In this document: positions 27,833-37,512 of the stretch, piece by piece
Position numbering within the stretch: position 1 is the stretch's first letter
Layout of the letters: each line of letters opens with the position of its first letter
Source of the DNA: an uncultured Muribaculaceae bacterium
GTDB lineage: Bacteria > Bacteroidota > Bacteroidia > Bacteroidales > Muribaculaceae
Assembly (NCBI GenBank): GCA_947566655.1
Contig: CANOKG010000001.1
Location: 1-48,310 of the forward strand
Direction of reading: 5' to 3'
Length of the DNA: 48,310 bases
Made by a program: the position numbers and the translations under genes
Notes under the pieces: model-generated
Databases searched by the model: none
What the model saw: only the letters and a program-made list of their open reading frames with translations
What the model was told of the DNA's origin: nothing

Positions 27833-28050
27833 CTCAGAGCCTGTCTGGTTTTAACTCGTATTAAGATCGAGTGTCAATTTTGAGATATTTTTTTAACGTA
27901 AAGAAGGAGTGTAGCGAGCTATACGACCGATGCACGTTAGAAAAATAGCCAAAATGGGCCTCAAGATTAATGCGAAACATATCCATACAATCACTCTTTC
28001 TTTAATATAACTATTTTTTGTGTGTTAAATTCAAACACACTCTAAGAGGC
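27833..28050 (-). mobile_element. MITE-like element, copy B (~218 bp, opposite orientation), carrying a ~90-bp nested palindromic insert
   Basis: 27961-28050 is a near-exact reverse complement of 19332-19420. 27833-27864 matches the other end but is degenerate. 27865-27960 has no counterpart in copy A. It contains its own 14-bp inverted repeat (27886-27899 vs 27934-27947, one mismatch). Confidence 0.6.
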
Positions 28051-28087
28051 TTAGATAACAAATCTTGGTTTTGATGAGAATTTATAT

Positions 28088-28095
28088 TAATTTTG
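28088..28095 (+). promoter_or_regulatory. Candidate -7 box upstream of topA
   Basis: TAATTTTG lies about 53 nt before the topA ATG. The nearest upstream TTTG (28070-28073) is only 14 nt away, so the -33 element is doubtful. Confidence 0.35.
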
Positions 28096-28148
28096 CCAAC
28101 CGTATTTGCACACATTAATATATAGAAACAACCACCTACCACACCAAT

Positions 28149-30554
28149 ATGGCACCAAATTTAGTAATCGTAGAGTCACCGGCTAAGGCCAAGACTATCG
28201 AAAAGTTCCTCGGAAAGGACTATACCGTGATGTCGAGCTACGGCCACATCAGAGATCTTAAACGTAAAAGTTTCAGCATCGATGTTGACAATGACTTCGC
28301 CCCTATTTACGAGATACCCGATGACAAGAAAGCTCTCGTAGCCGACTTGAAAAAGGCCGCTAAGGGTGCCCAAATGGTATGGCTGGCATCGGATGAAGAC
28401 CGCGAGGGAGAGGCTATAGCATGGCACCTGTATGAAGTACTGAAACTTAAACCTGAAAACACGCGCCGCATAGTTTTCCACGAAATTACCAAAGACGCCA
28501 TACTCAACGCCATCGCCAACCCCCGCACTATAGATCTTGGCCGTGTCGATGCACAACAGGCACGCCGAGTGCTGGACCGCATTGTTGGCTTTGAACTTTC
28601 GCCCGTATTGTGGCGAAAAATAAAGCCGGCGCTTTCAGCCGGCCGTGTACAATCAGTTGCAGTCAGATTGATTGTAGAACGGGAGAAAGAGATAGGGTCT
28701 TTTGTTCCCGAAGAATACTTCCGTGTCACAGCTGCTTTTGTTGATGCTGCAGGCTCAGCACTATCCACCGAACTTTCCCATCGTCTGCATCACCGTGATG
28801 AGGTAGATCAACTTATCAAACGCTGTAACGGTGCAAACTGGAATGTAGGAGACATTACTGTAAAACCGGTTAAGAAAAGTCCGGCGCCTCCTTTCACCAC
28901 TTCTACACTTCAACAGGAAGCGGCCCGTAAGCTCGGATTCACCGTGAGCCAAACCATGATGGTGGCCCAGCACCTGTATGAGAACGGTCACATCACCTAC
29001 ATGCGTACTGACTCGCTCAACCTCTCAAAACTTGCTTTAAATACAATCAAAGCCGAGATTGAAAGCAACCTTGGCAATGAGTACCTGCACATTCGTCATT
29101 ACCACACATCAAGCAAAGGTGCTCAGGAAGCCCACGAAGCTATTCGCCCTACCTACATCAACAAGCACGACATTGATGGTACCCCACAGGAAAAGCGCCT
29201 CTACAACCTTATTTGGAAACGCACCATAGCATCACAGATGGCCGATGCCATCATAGAGAAGACTACCGTCGACATCATTAATTCCAAAGCGTCAGATCGC
29301 TTTGTAGCAACAGGAGAAGTGATCAAGTTTGACGGCTTTTTGAAAGTATACATCGAGAGCCACGATGACGAGAACAACGACAGCGAGACACAATCATTGC
29401 TACCGGTCATGCATCAAGGTGACACTGTGGCCCTCAACCGATTGATCGCCCAACAACGCTACACCCAACATCCTCCACGCTACACCGAGGCTTCATTGGT
29501 AAAGAAAATGGAAGAACTCGGCATAGGACGCCCGTCGACCTATGCTCCCACCATTTCTACCATACAGCAACGCGAATATGTAGAAAAAGGTGACCGGCCA
29601 GGCGAGGAGCGCACTGTAATAACAATCACCATGGAGTCAGACGGCAAAGTCTCGGAGACTACCCGATCGGAAATTACAGGTGCCGATAAAGGAAAACTTA
29701 TACCTACCGACATAGGTGTAGTTGTCAATGATTTCTTGACTGAGTATTTTCCTGATATTCTCGATTACAATTTCACCGCACGCGTCGAAGAACGGTTTGA
29801 TGACATAGCCGAGGGTAAACTCCCATGGAACAAAGAGATGGCTGATTTCTACAAGCTATTTCACCCGGCTGTTGACAGCGCCATGAACATGCATCTCGAG
29901 CACAAAGTAGGCGAACGTGTTCTCGGTACCGACCCGGTAAGCGGTAAGCCCGTCAGTGTCAAAATCGGTCGTTTTGGACCGCTCGTACAAATGGGCGAAG
30001 GTGACAGCGATGAGAAGCCTCAATTTGCCTCACTGCTCAAAGGCCAGTCGGTATCAACAATCACGCTCGAAGAAGCGCTGAAACTATTTGAATTCCCACG
30101 CACCTTGGGCGAATTTGAAGGTAAGAATGTTACTGTAGCTATCGGCCGTTTCGGCCCCTACGTGAAACACGACAACAAATTTGTGTCAATCCCCAAAACA
30201 AAGGCGCCGGTTGCTTTAACATTGGAAGAAGCTATCGAACTTATCGAGAAAAAACGCACTGCCGATAGCCAAAAAGTAGTCAGAATCTTTGACGAAGACC
30301 CCGACATGCAACTTCTACGTGGCCCCTACGGAATATACATCTGCTACAAGAAGGCCAACTACAAGATACCTAAGAGCATATCAGAGCCCGAAGCTCTTTC
30401 CCTCGAAGAATGTCGCGAGATAGTAGAAAAAGGCCCGGCTCCAAAGGCACGCAGAGGAACAGCCAAGAAAGCCGACTCCGATAAACCGGTGACATCAAAA
30501 AGAGCCTCAGCCGCAAATAAAACAACAACAAAGAAGACCACAGCAAAGAAATAA
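28149..30554 (+). CDS. topA: DNA topoisomerase I (type IA) with a Lys/Thr/Ala-rich basic tail
   Basis: Toprim motifs LVIVESPAKAKTIEKFLG and ASDEDREGEAIAWH; active-site region ITYMRTDS; C-terminal repeats of the FGPY-type topo C-terminal fold; basic tail KKTTAKK. Confidence 0.97.
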   Translation: MAPNLVIVESPAKAKTIEKFLGKDYTVMSSYGHIRDLKRKSFSIDVDNDFAPIYEIPDDKKALVADLKKAAKGAQMVWLASDEDREGEAIAWHLYEVLKLKPENTRRIVFHEITKDAILNAIANPRTIDLGRVDAQQARRVLDRIVGFELSPVLWRKIKPALSAGRVQSVAVRLIVEREKEIGSFVPEEYFRVTAAFVDAAGSALSTELSHRLHHRDEVDQLIKRCNGANWNVGDITVKPVKKSPAPPFTTSTLQQEAARKLGFTVSQTMMVAQHLYENGHITYMRTDSLNLSKLALNTIKAEIESNLGNEYLHIRHYHTSSKGAQEAHEAIRPTYINKHDIDGTPQEKRLYNLIWKRTIASQMADAIIEKTTVDIINSKASDRFVATGEVIKFDGFLKVYIESHDDENNDSETQSLLPVMHQGDTVALNRLIAQQRYTQHPPRYTEASLVKKMEELGIGRPSTYAPTISTIQQREYVEKGDRPGEERTVITITMESDGKVSETTRSEITGADKGKLIPTDIGVVVNDFLTEYFPDILDYNFTARVEERFDDIAEGKLPWNKEMADFYKLFHPAVDSAMNMHLEHKVGERVLGTDPVSGKPVSVKIGRFGPLVQMGEGDSDEKPQFASLLKGQSVSTITLEEALKLFEFPRTLGEFEGKNVTVAIGRFGPYVKHDNKFVSIPKTKAPVALTLEEAIELIEKKRTADSQKVVRIFDEDPDMQLLRGPYGIYICYKKANYKIPKSISEPEALSLEECREIVEKGPAPKARRGTAKKADSDKPVTSKRASAANKTTTKKTTAKK

Positions 30555-31495
30555 TGCCACGCACTCATAAAGTAAAACCTGGAGCCGAACGATGCCGTTT
30601 CACCCCCGATGTAATTGAGACTTATCAGGTAAAGGAACCCAAACCGTTGCTTGAATTTCTTTTTGACGTCATGCCTCAACGCAAGCGCACCAATGTCAAA
30701 GAACTACTCAAACACAACAGCATCAAAGTAGGACAGACCGTTACCAGCCAATTTGACTACCAACTGAAAACCGGCGATATCGTTGCCATAAACCTTTCGC
30801 GCGAATGGCCACGCTTCTACAACCGCCGGGTACAGCTCGTTTATGAAGACAACGACATCATAATAATCAATAAAGGTTATGGATTGCTCTCGATGGGAAA
30901 CGATAGGGTGAAAGAAGGAACCGCCTATTCGATTCTTAAAGATTATGTCAAGTGGCAGGATCCACGCAACAAGATTTTCATTGTTCATCGCCTCGACCGC
31001 GACACATCAGGCCTGATGATGTATGCACGGACAATGGAAGCCAAAGATGGAATGCAACACAACTGGAACAACATGGTGCTCGAGCGCACATACCTGGCTG
31101 TTGTAGAAGGAAAAGTAGACCAAGACGAGGGCGAAATCAGAAGCTATCTGGCCGAGAACTCCAAGTTTGAAGTTTATACTACTCAAAACCCCGACGAGGG
31201 CCAACTCGCAATTACCCGATATAAAGTACTTAAACGCGCCAACGGATACTCACTGCTCGAGGTATCACTCGACACCGGCCGCAAGAACCAGATTCGCGTT
31301 CACATGAAGGAGATGGGCCATCCAATAGCCGGTGACCGCAAGTATGGAGCCAAATCAAGCCCCATACACCGTTTGGCGCTACACGCACGCACACTTCGCT
31401 TCATTCACCCTATTACACGCGAGATGATGTCGTTCTCAACACCTATCCCCACAGCGTTTGCATCCATGATGAAAGTAGGGGGCAAAGATATCTGA
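30554..31495 (+). CDS. RluA-family pseudouridine synthase with an S4-like N-terminal domain
   Basis: The catalytic HRLDRDTSGLMM and KNQIRVH motifs. The start codon overlaps the topA stop (TAATG). Confidence 0.9.
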   Translation: MPRTHKVKPGAERCRFTPDVIETYQVKEPKPLLEFLFDVMPQRKRTNVKELLKHNSIKVGQTVTSQFDYQLKTGDIVAINLSREWPRFYNRRVQLVYEDNDIIIINKGYGLLSMGNDRVKEGTAYSILKDYVKWQDPRNKIFIVHRLDRDTSGLMMYARTMEAKDGMQHNWNNMVLERTYLAVVEGKVDQDEGEIRSYLAENSKFEVYTTQNPDEGQLAITRYKVLKRANGYSLLEVSLDTGRKNQIRVHMKEMGHPIAGDRKYGAKSSPIHRLALHARTLRFIHPITREMMSFSTPIPTAFASMMKVGGKDI

Positions 31496-31510
31496 TAAAA
31501 TACATGAACC

Positions 31511-32485
31511 GTGATAGACAAACTGCCAATATTAATACTGATAGCGATAGCATCAATAGCCTGTAGCTCAAGGGACAACACTAAAAGCGACAAGCCCGAG
31601 GCGGTCGAAACAACACAGCGTTTCGATACCGATAGTGCTATGAGTTTTCTGAAGGCACAAACCGATTTCGGGCCACGCGTACCCGGAACCGAAGCCCATG
31701 CTCTCGCTGCCGATTATCTCGTAAAGACCTTTCAACGTCTTGGAGCCGACACGGTTATTGTTCAAGAGTGCACTGTCAAAGCCTGGAACGGCGACCAACT
31801 TCCTCTAAAAAACATCAGAGCCCGTTTTGGATACAATCCCGATGTCTCACCCATTCTTTTAGTGTCTCACTGGGACAGCCGTCCATGGGCCGACAGAGAA
31901 TCCGATCCATTAGCGGCCCAACAACCGATCGATGGAGCCAACGATGGAGCCAGCGGTGTAGCCGTATTGCTTGAAATAGCCCGTCAAGCATCGATCCACG
32001 GCACCAAATTACCTATCGAAATTTTATTGGTCGATGGCGAAGACTACGGTGAACACGGTGAAGATGGAGACGAATCAAGCTGGTGTTTAGGAACCCAGGC
32101 GTGGCTGGAGGCCAACCCCTATGCCACTTCACCCAAGCCTCGTTACTCCCTGCTTCTCGATATGGTGGGAGGCAAAGATGCTCGTTTTCACCGAGAATAT
32201 ATAAGCGACACCTACGCTCGCCAACTTGTCGACATGATTTGGCAGGAAGCCGCATCAATCGGTCTGGCCGACCGCTTCATAAACCAACCCGGCGGTGCTG
32301 TTGTCGATGACCACCTATTCATTAACCGGGCAGGCATTCCGGCTATCGACATCATAGAGAGTAAAAGTCCCGATACCGGCAGTTTCAACGCCACTTGGCA
32401 CACACTCAACGACCGTTACGAAAATATCGATCCTTCAGCAATAAGCGACACGGGGAAACTGGTTTCACACCTTGTAATCAAATAA
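31511..32485 (+). CDS. M28-family lipoprotein, likely a glutaminyl-peptide cyclotransferase (animal-type QC fold)
   Basis: The GTG start gives MIDKLPILILIAIASIACSS (lipobox). Also FGPRVPGTEAH, LLVSHWDSRPWAD, GANDGASGVAVLLEIAR, DGEDYG and WHTLNDR. The M28/QC zinc-ligand pattern is present. Confidence 0.7.
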   Translation: MIDKLPILILIAIASIACSSRDNTKSDKPEAVETTQRFDTDSAMSFLKAQTDFGPRVPGTEAHALAADYLVKTFQRLGADTVIVQECTVKAWNGDQLPLKNIRARFGYNPDVSPILLVSHWDSRPWADRESDPLAAQQPIDGANDGASGVAVLLEIARQASIHGTKLPIEILLVDGEDYGEHGEDGDESSWCLGTQAWLEANPYATSPKPRYSLLLDMVGGKDARFHREYISDTYARQLVDMIWQEAASIGLADRFINQPGGAVVDDHLFINRAGIPAIDIIESKSPDTGSFNATWHTLNDRYENIDPSAISDTGKLVSHLVIK

Positions 32486-32501
32486 ATTCAACAATACTAC
32501 A

Positions 32502-32924
32502 ATGACTATTAACGAGATACAAGATAACATAATAGAAGAGTTCAGCGATATCGACGACTGGATGGATCGCTATGCCTACATTATCGATCTTGGCAATGCA
32601 CTTCCTCCTATTGACCCGGCTTTCAAGACCACGCAGTATCTTATCGAAGGTTGTCAAAGCCGAGTGTGGCTCAACGCAGAACTGGTCGACGGACACATTA
32701 GATTCACCGCCGATTCTGATGCTATAATTGTAAAAGGAATTATTTCGCTTCTTATTCAAGTTCTTAATGATCACACACCTCGCGAAATTCTCGATGCCGA
32801 TCTCTATTTCATTGACAAGATTGGACTGAGTGAACATCTCTCTCCAACACGTTCCAATGGCCTTGTAGCAATGGTAAAGCAAATGCGCATGTACGCTCTT
32901 GCTTTCAACGAACTTCAGGCTTAA
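32502..32924 (+). CDS. sufE: SufE-family cysteine desulfuration protein
   Basis: 140 aa with the IEGCQSRVWL active-site Cys loop and SufE/CsdE-like flanks. Confidence 0.85.
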   Translation: MTINEIQDNIIEEFSDIDDWMDRYAYIIDLGNALPPIDPAFKTTQYLIEGCQSRVWLNAELVDGHIRFTADSDAIIVKGIISLLIQVLNDHTPREILDADLYFIDKIGLSEHLSPTRSNGLVAMVKQMRMYALAFNELQA

Positions 32925-32968
32925 ACGCAAGTCATTAATTCACTGTTCCACCCTCCTGCAATACCAAT

Positions 32969-33619
32969 ATGAAGAATCCTAACCCACGCGAATTTATTCC
33001 GGAACCGGTGTTACGCCGTCTCCCATGGTACCTTGCCTACGTGAGCATGCTGCGCGACAAAAACGAGAAACATGTTTCATCGACCAATATATCAAGAGAG
33101 CTGAATGTCGATGCCTCACAAATAGCTAAAGACCTCTCGTTTCTTAGCATCAAGGGCAAAACCCGTATAGGTTATGATGTGGCTTCGTTGGAGCGGGAAC
33201 TTCGCGACTTCCTGGGATTCAGGCGTTCACACAACGCTGTTATCTATGGAGTAGGTAGTCTTGGCGCAGCCTTGATGCAAGATTCGGGCCTTTCACGATA
33301 TGGATTGAATGTGGTAGCAGGGTTCGACATCAATCCCGAACTGATCGGTACATCACAAGGCGGGGTGCCCGTCTACAGTGTCGATGAACTTGATACACGA
33401 TGCCGCCGTCTTCATGCCGAGATAGGTATAATAACTGTCCCCGTTGACCATGCCCAGGATGCAGCCGACATGCTTATCTCGGCCGGGGTAAAAGGACTCT
33501 GGAACTTTACCCCTGTAAGAATTCGCGTTGCCGATGGTATCGTGATTGCAAACACTTCAATATATGCCCACCTTGCGGTTATGTACAACCGTCTTGACAA
33601 CTTGACCAATAATATATGA
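32969..33619 (+). CDS. rex: Redox-sensing transcriptional repressor Rex
   Basis: N-terminal wHTH (RLPWYLAYVSML...VSSTNISRELNVDASQIAKDLS), Rossmann motif IYGVGSLGAAL, and the NFTP motif. Confidence 0.9.
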   Translation: MKNPNPREFIPEPVLRRLPWYLAYVSMLRDKNEKHVSSTNISRELNVDASQIAKDLSFLSIKGKTRIGYDVASLERELRDFLGFRRSHNAVIYGVGSLGAALMQDSGLSRYGLNVVAGFDINPELIGTSQGGVPVYSVDELDTRCRRLHAEIGIITVPVDHAQDAADMLISAGVKGLWNFTPVRIRVADGIVIANTSIYAHLAVMYNRLDNLTNNI

Positions 33620-34173
33620 AGATTCTGTATTGCGAACAAACAATAGATAAACCGACCGCAGAGCCTCTGCTATCGCTATTGACCGACTCATCGGTTTCAC
33701 GAAACCATAAACCACTTTTCGTACCTCCCCACCACAACAGCTGGACACTTACTTTAGGTATAGCCGTTAAGATCTCGCGGTTAGGGAAATTTGTGGCTTC
33801 AAAATTTGCTTCGCGATACTACGATTCAGTAACTTTGGTAGCACGACTGAGACCTGCCGACTTGCCGCTACCGGCCTCAGCTGTCAATATAGCATTCGAT
33901 TCATCTATTGTTGTCGGCGACTGGCTGCCGCTACCCGACAATGACTGTGATGACATCAGTCTCGATATAGAGTTGGCCGGAAACAACCGATCCATCACCG
34001 TGCCTCGTCAACTCATCAATGACCAGGTTGAGTGGCTAACTTCCTATTTCATGATCAAGCATGGTGATATAATTGTAACCGGAGATCTTCCCGGCAATCT
34101 TGACGTACATCTCGACACAGCGTTCGACATCATTGTAAACCATAATCAATGTCTTCACTTCAAAATTAAATAA
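33616..34173 (+). CDS. FAH-fold (fumarylacetoacetate hydrolase family) protein with degenerate metal-binding residues
   Basis: By eye it aligns along its length with short FAH proteins. WTLTLGIAVKIS sits where H-E-x-E-L-A-V-x-I-G is expected. AFDSS corresponds to K-x-F-D, and HGDIIVTGDLPG to GD-x-x-x-TGTP-x-G. The start overlaps the rex stop (ATGA). Confidence 0.6.
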   Translation: MKILYCEQTIDKPTAEPLLSLLTDSSVSRNHKPLFVPPHHNSWTLTLGIAVKISRLGKFVASKFASRYYDSVTLVARLRPADLPLPASAVNIAFDSSIVVGDWLPLPDNDCDDISLDIELAGNNRSITVPRQLINDQVEWLTSYFMIKHGDIIVTGDLPGNLDVHLDTAFDIIVNHNQCLHFKIK

Positions 34174-34196
34174 GCTCCCATCTCCACATCAATTCA

Positions 34197-37100
34197 ATGA
34201 AGACTCTCAAACTGATTATTTCACTAAGCTTAGCCTTCATCATGGGTTATGCAGCGGTACTCGCCAATGCCTTCAAAATAGGTATTGACCATACCGGCAT
34301 TTTCCAAATCACTCCCGAGCAACTTCATCAAATGGGATATAACGATGCGGGTGAAGTTGCAGTATACGGCTATGGAGCAAGTGAAATGCAAGAGTTTGAC
34401 TTCAACAAGGCTCGCCCCGATTATTTTCCCGAAGTCCCTACAATGATTACCGATGACGGGCGCCTACTGTTCTACGCCACAGGGCCATCGGTCAACGGGG
34501 TCTATCTCTCAGGAAGTTATATCTATGGAGATATTACATCCAATACTTCGGCTACTACTTCATGCTACTTTGTTGTCCCTAAACAGGATGCAACCCACAT
34601 CTATACACCACAAGTAGAAGCCGATGGCAACACTATAACCACCCATTATTCGGTCATCGCCTATAATCCGACGGTCACAAATCCGGCAAAATCGGGATGC
34701 TGCCTGCTTAGCGAAGATATTACCCGCCTTCCCGACAGGAAACTTGTCGTCGATTGGGAAACACCGGGAATGGTAGCCAACAGCTCCTTATTTTTTCGCA
34801 TCAGAGGCGCGATGAAAGCCACCAAGCCACGTCTTCTCTACAACTTAATGGGTAGAGACCAACAACTTAATGCACAAAACAGTCTCGACTCCTATAATGA
34901 ATATGATATATCATTCAGCGCTACCGACTATAAAACACTTGTAGTAAGTACCGGAAATACACCGGTAGAGAATTGTACACTCACAGTATCGCTCGACAAC
35001 TCATCAACCTATGCCTATGCGGCAGTCGAATCGGCAACAATAAGCTATATGCGATCCAACTGTTTTGATTCTGAACGACAGCCTATCACAATGTTCCTCA
35101 ACAAACTGCTTCAGGGACGAGGAATATTTATAGCCAATGCACGTAAGTCGACAGTTGTATGGGACGTAACCGATTACCACAACACAGTGCAATTACCATC
35201 GATACTTGTTGGCGATGACTTACTGGCCGTAAACGCTATCAACAACACTTCAGTATCGAAACTGATAGCGTTTGACACTGATGGTAAGATTCCATCGGTA
35301 AACCTCATGGGTAGCGTTGAATTAGGTACGCTATCTACTATGGAAGTTCCCGAGATGGTGATTATCACAGCTCCTGCCTATCGCTATGCAGCCGAACGGC
35401 TGGCCGAGATACACAGATCATTACAAAACATATCGGTAGCAGTGGTTCTGCAACAGGATATTTTCAACGAGTTTTCTTCAGGCGCAAAATCGCCCTACGC
35501 AATACGCCGTTTCATGAAAAAGCTCTACGACCGGGACCCGGCCACTCTTAAGCACTTGCTTATCATAGGCCCTGCAACATACGATCCAAGTGGACAAGTC
35601 ACAGGCAGTACCCACGACGATACCCATGTCATCACCTATGAAACAGAAGACTTCACCTACCAAGGAAACTCGGCCAAGAGCTACTGTTCCGATGCTTTTT
35701 ACGGAATGCTTGATGGAACCACGCAGTCATATATTATAAATTCCCCGTTGACAATTAATGTAGCACGCATTCCCGTTGCCAACGAAGGTCAACTTCATGC
35801 CTACATCAACAAAATTCACCAATACCTTACCCGACCAATTGAAATCGATCATAGAGCCCACGCCCTGATAATAGGAGATTATGGTGACAATGGCGGACAT
35901 ACAGTTCAAGCCGATGCTTTGGCCGACTCGATCCAAACCGTCTGGGCACCAAATACAACTGTTACCAAAGCGATGTTAGGTCTTTTCGGAAACGCCAATA
36001 TTGCGCTAAACAAGGTTACTTCGACCATTAACAAGGGAGTGGGATATATCTCCTATTCGGGTCATGGCAGCACCACAAGTATAGGTTCCAATAACTTTTT
36101 CAAACGCCAGTCGGCATCGCTTCTTAACAATTCGACCTATCCTTTCATAATGCTATCGACATGCTACTCACTCGGTTACGATCGCGATGAGCACGGCATA
36201 GCCGAGTCTCTGTTATTGAAAGAGAACGGTGGAGGCATCGCTGTTATCGGGGCCGGACGATCGGTGCAGATGTCGCTCAATCAATATCTTAATCTTCGTG
36301 TAGCCCACGAGTTTTATAATCTTTCAGAGAGCAACTGCACCGGTGACATCTACCGTGTAGCCCGCAACTACTTGATGAAGCGCTATGCCTCACGCGATCT
36401 CGTTTTAAACACAGCCTGCTACAATTTCATCGGTGACCCGGCACTTCCGCTATATCCACACACCCATGGCATCACAATCGATAATGACGACCGGATCACG
36501 ATAAACCCATTGTCGTCAAACTCCATAAACGGGTACATAACAACCGATGGCAGTCCCGACAACAGTTTCAACGGTACTATAATTGTAAACCTTTATAATC
36601 CTGCAGTAACCGACTCGACTACCTACGACAAAAGCGCATCAGATCTCAAAATAACCCGACGAGAGACTATAGTGGCATCGGCTCAAGGTACAATAACCGA
36701 CGGACGGTTTTCCACCCAACTTCATTGCCCCATAGTAACAGAGTCGGGCAACGATTTTGTAATCACAGTACATGCCCTCAGCTCCAATAACTACGATCGT
36801 GCTGTCACATCTTTGACTAATGTAACGGTCAATGAACTTAACAACGATACTGATCTAAGTGACCCTGAAGGACCTGAAATTGAATTGTTTTACATCAACA
36901 CTCCCAATTTCAGCAACGGTGATATGGTAGGCAATGAATTTACAATACACGCCCTGATCAAGCCTTCAAAATGGGGCATTTCAACAATCACCACTCTTGA
37001 TCGTCCCACCTATCTGTTAATCGATGGCAATCGCTACACCGACATTCTCGGCAGTTCATCATTAGACCCGGATGGCAACCTGATTATAACCTACACTCCG

Positions 37101-37487
37101 GAGAATATCAACGATGGTTCCCACTCAGCCACAATCGTGATCAGTGACAATGCTGCAAACCGTTCAACGGCCTCGCTATCGTTCAACACTATCTCCGAAA
37201 AAAAAGTGGTCTCATTGAACATTGATGAAACGACAGCATCGGGCAGCGTAACAGTCAGCCTAAAACATGACCTTGATAATGAACCTACCGGATCATTAAC
37301 AATTGAAGACGCAGCCGGTAATGTTGTGCGTCACATCAATAATACCAAATTTCCTTTCACTTGGGATCTTACTGACAATAATCACAAAACCGTGCCCGAT
37401 GGGCGTTATACCTTGCGTGCCCACCTTAAAAGTGGACTGCTACACACTCTAACACCCGACACAAGCGTTATAGTAGTAAAAGAATAA
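34197..37487 (+). CDS. porU: Peptidase C25-family protein, most likely the type IX secretion system sortase PorU
   Basis: 1096 aa with a signal peptide. Gingipain-like His/Cys dyad: YSGHG (His623, codon at 36063) and LSTCYS (Cys656, codon at 36162), 33 residues apart. Ig-like C-terminal domains end in a FlgD/CTD-like segment. Confidence 0.65.
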   Translation: MKTLKLIISLSLAFIMGYAAVLANAFKIGIDHTGIFQITPEQLHQMGYNDAGEVAVYGYGASEMQEFDFNKARPDYFPEVPTMITDDGRLLFYATGPSVNGVYLSGSYIYGDITSNTSATTSCYFVVPKQDATHIYTPQVEADGNTITTHYSVIAYNPTVTNPAKSGCCLLSEDITRLPDRKLVVDWETPGMVANSSLFFRIRGAMKATKPRLLYNLMGRDQQLNAQNSLDSYNEYDISFSATDYKTLVVSTGNTPVENCTLTVSLDNSSTYAYAAVESATISYMRSNCFDSERQPITMFLNKLLQGRGIFIANARKSTVVWDVTDYHNTVQLPSILVGDDLLAVNAINNTSVSKLIAFDTDGKIPSVNLMGSVELGTLSTMEVPEMVIITAPAYRYAAERLAEIHRSLQNISVAVVLQQDIFNEFSSGAKSPYAIRRFMKKLYDRDPATLKHLLIIGPATYDPSGQVTGSTHDDTHVITYETEDFTYQGNSAKSYCSDAFYGMLDGTTQSYIINSPLTINVARIPVANEGQLHAYINKIHQYLTRPIEIDHRAHALIIGDYGDNGGHTVQADALADSIQTVWAPNTTVTKAMLGLFGNANIALNKVTSTINKGVGYISYSGHGSTTSIGSNNFFKRQSASLLNNSTYPFIMLSTCYSLGYDRDEHGIAESLLLKENGGGIAVIGAGRSVQMSLNQYLNLRVAHEFYNLSESNCTGDIYRVARNYLMKRYASRDLVLNTACYNFIGDPALPLYPHTHGITIDNDDRITINPLSSNSINGYITTDGSPDNSFNGTIIVNLYNPAVTDSTTYDKSASDLKITRRETIVASAQGTITDGRFSTQLHCPIVTESGNDFVITVHALSSNNYDRAVTSLTNVTVNELNNDTDLSDPEGPEIELFYINTPNFSNGDMVGNEFTIHALIKPSKWGISTITTLDRPTYLLIDGNRYTDILGSSSLDPDGNLIITYTPENINDGSHSATIVISDNAANRSTASLSFNTISEKKVVSLNIDETTASGSVTVSLKHDLDNEPTGSLTIEDAAGNVVRHINNTKFPFTWDLTDNNHKTVPDGRYTLRAHLKSGLLHTLTPDTSVIVVKE

Positions 37488-37512
37488 TATATGACTTTAT
37501 TATAGTATCAAG

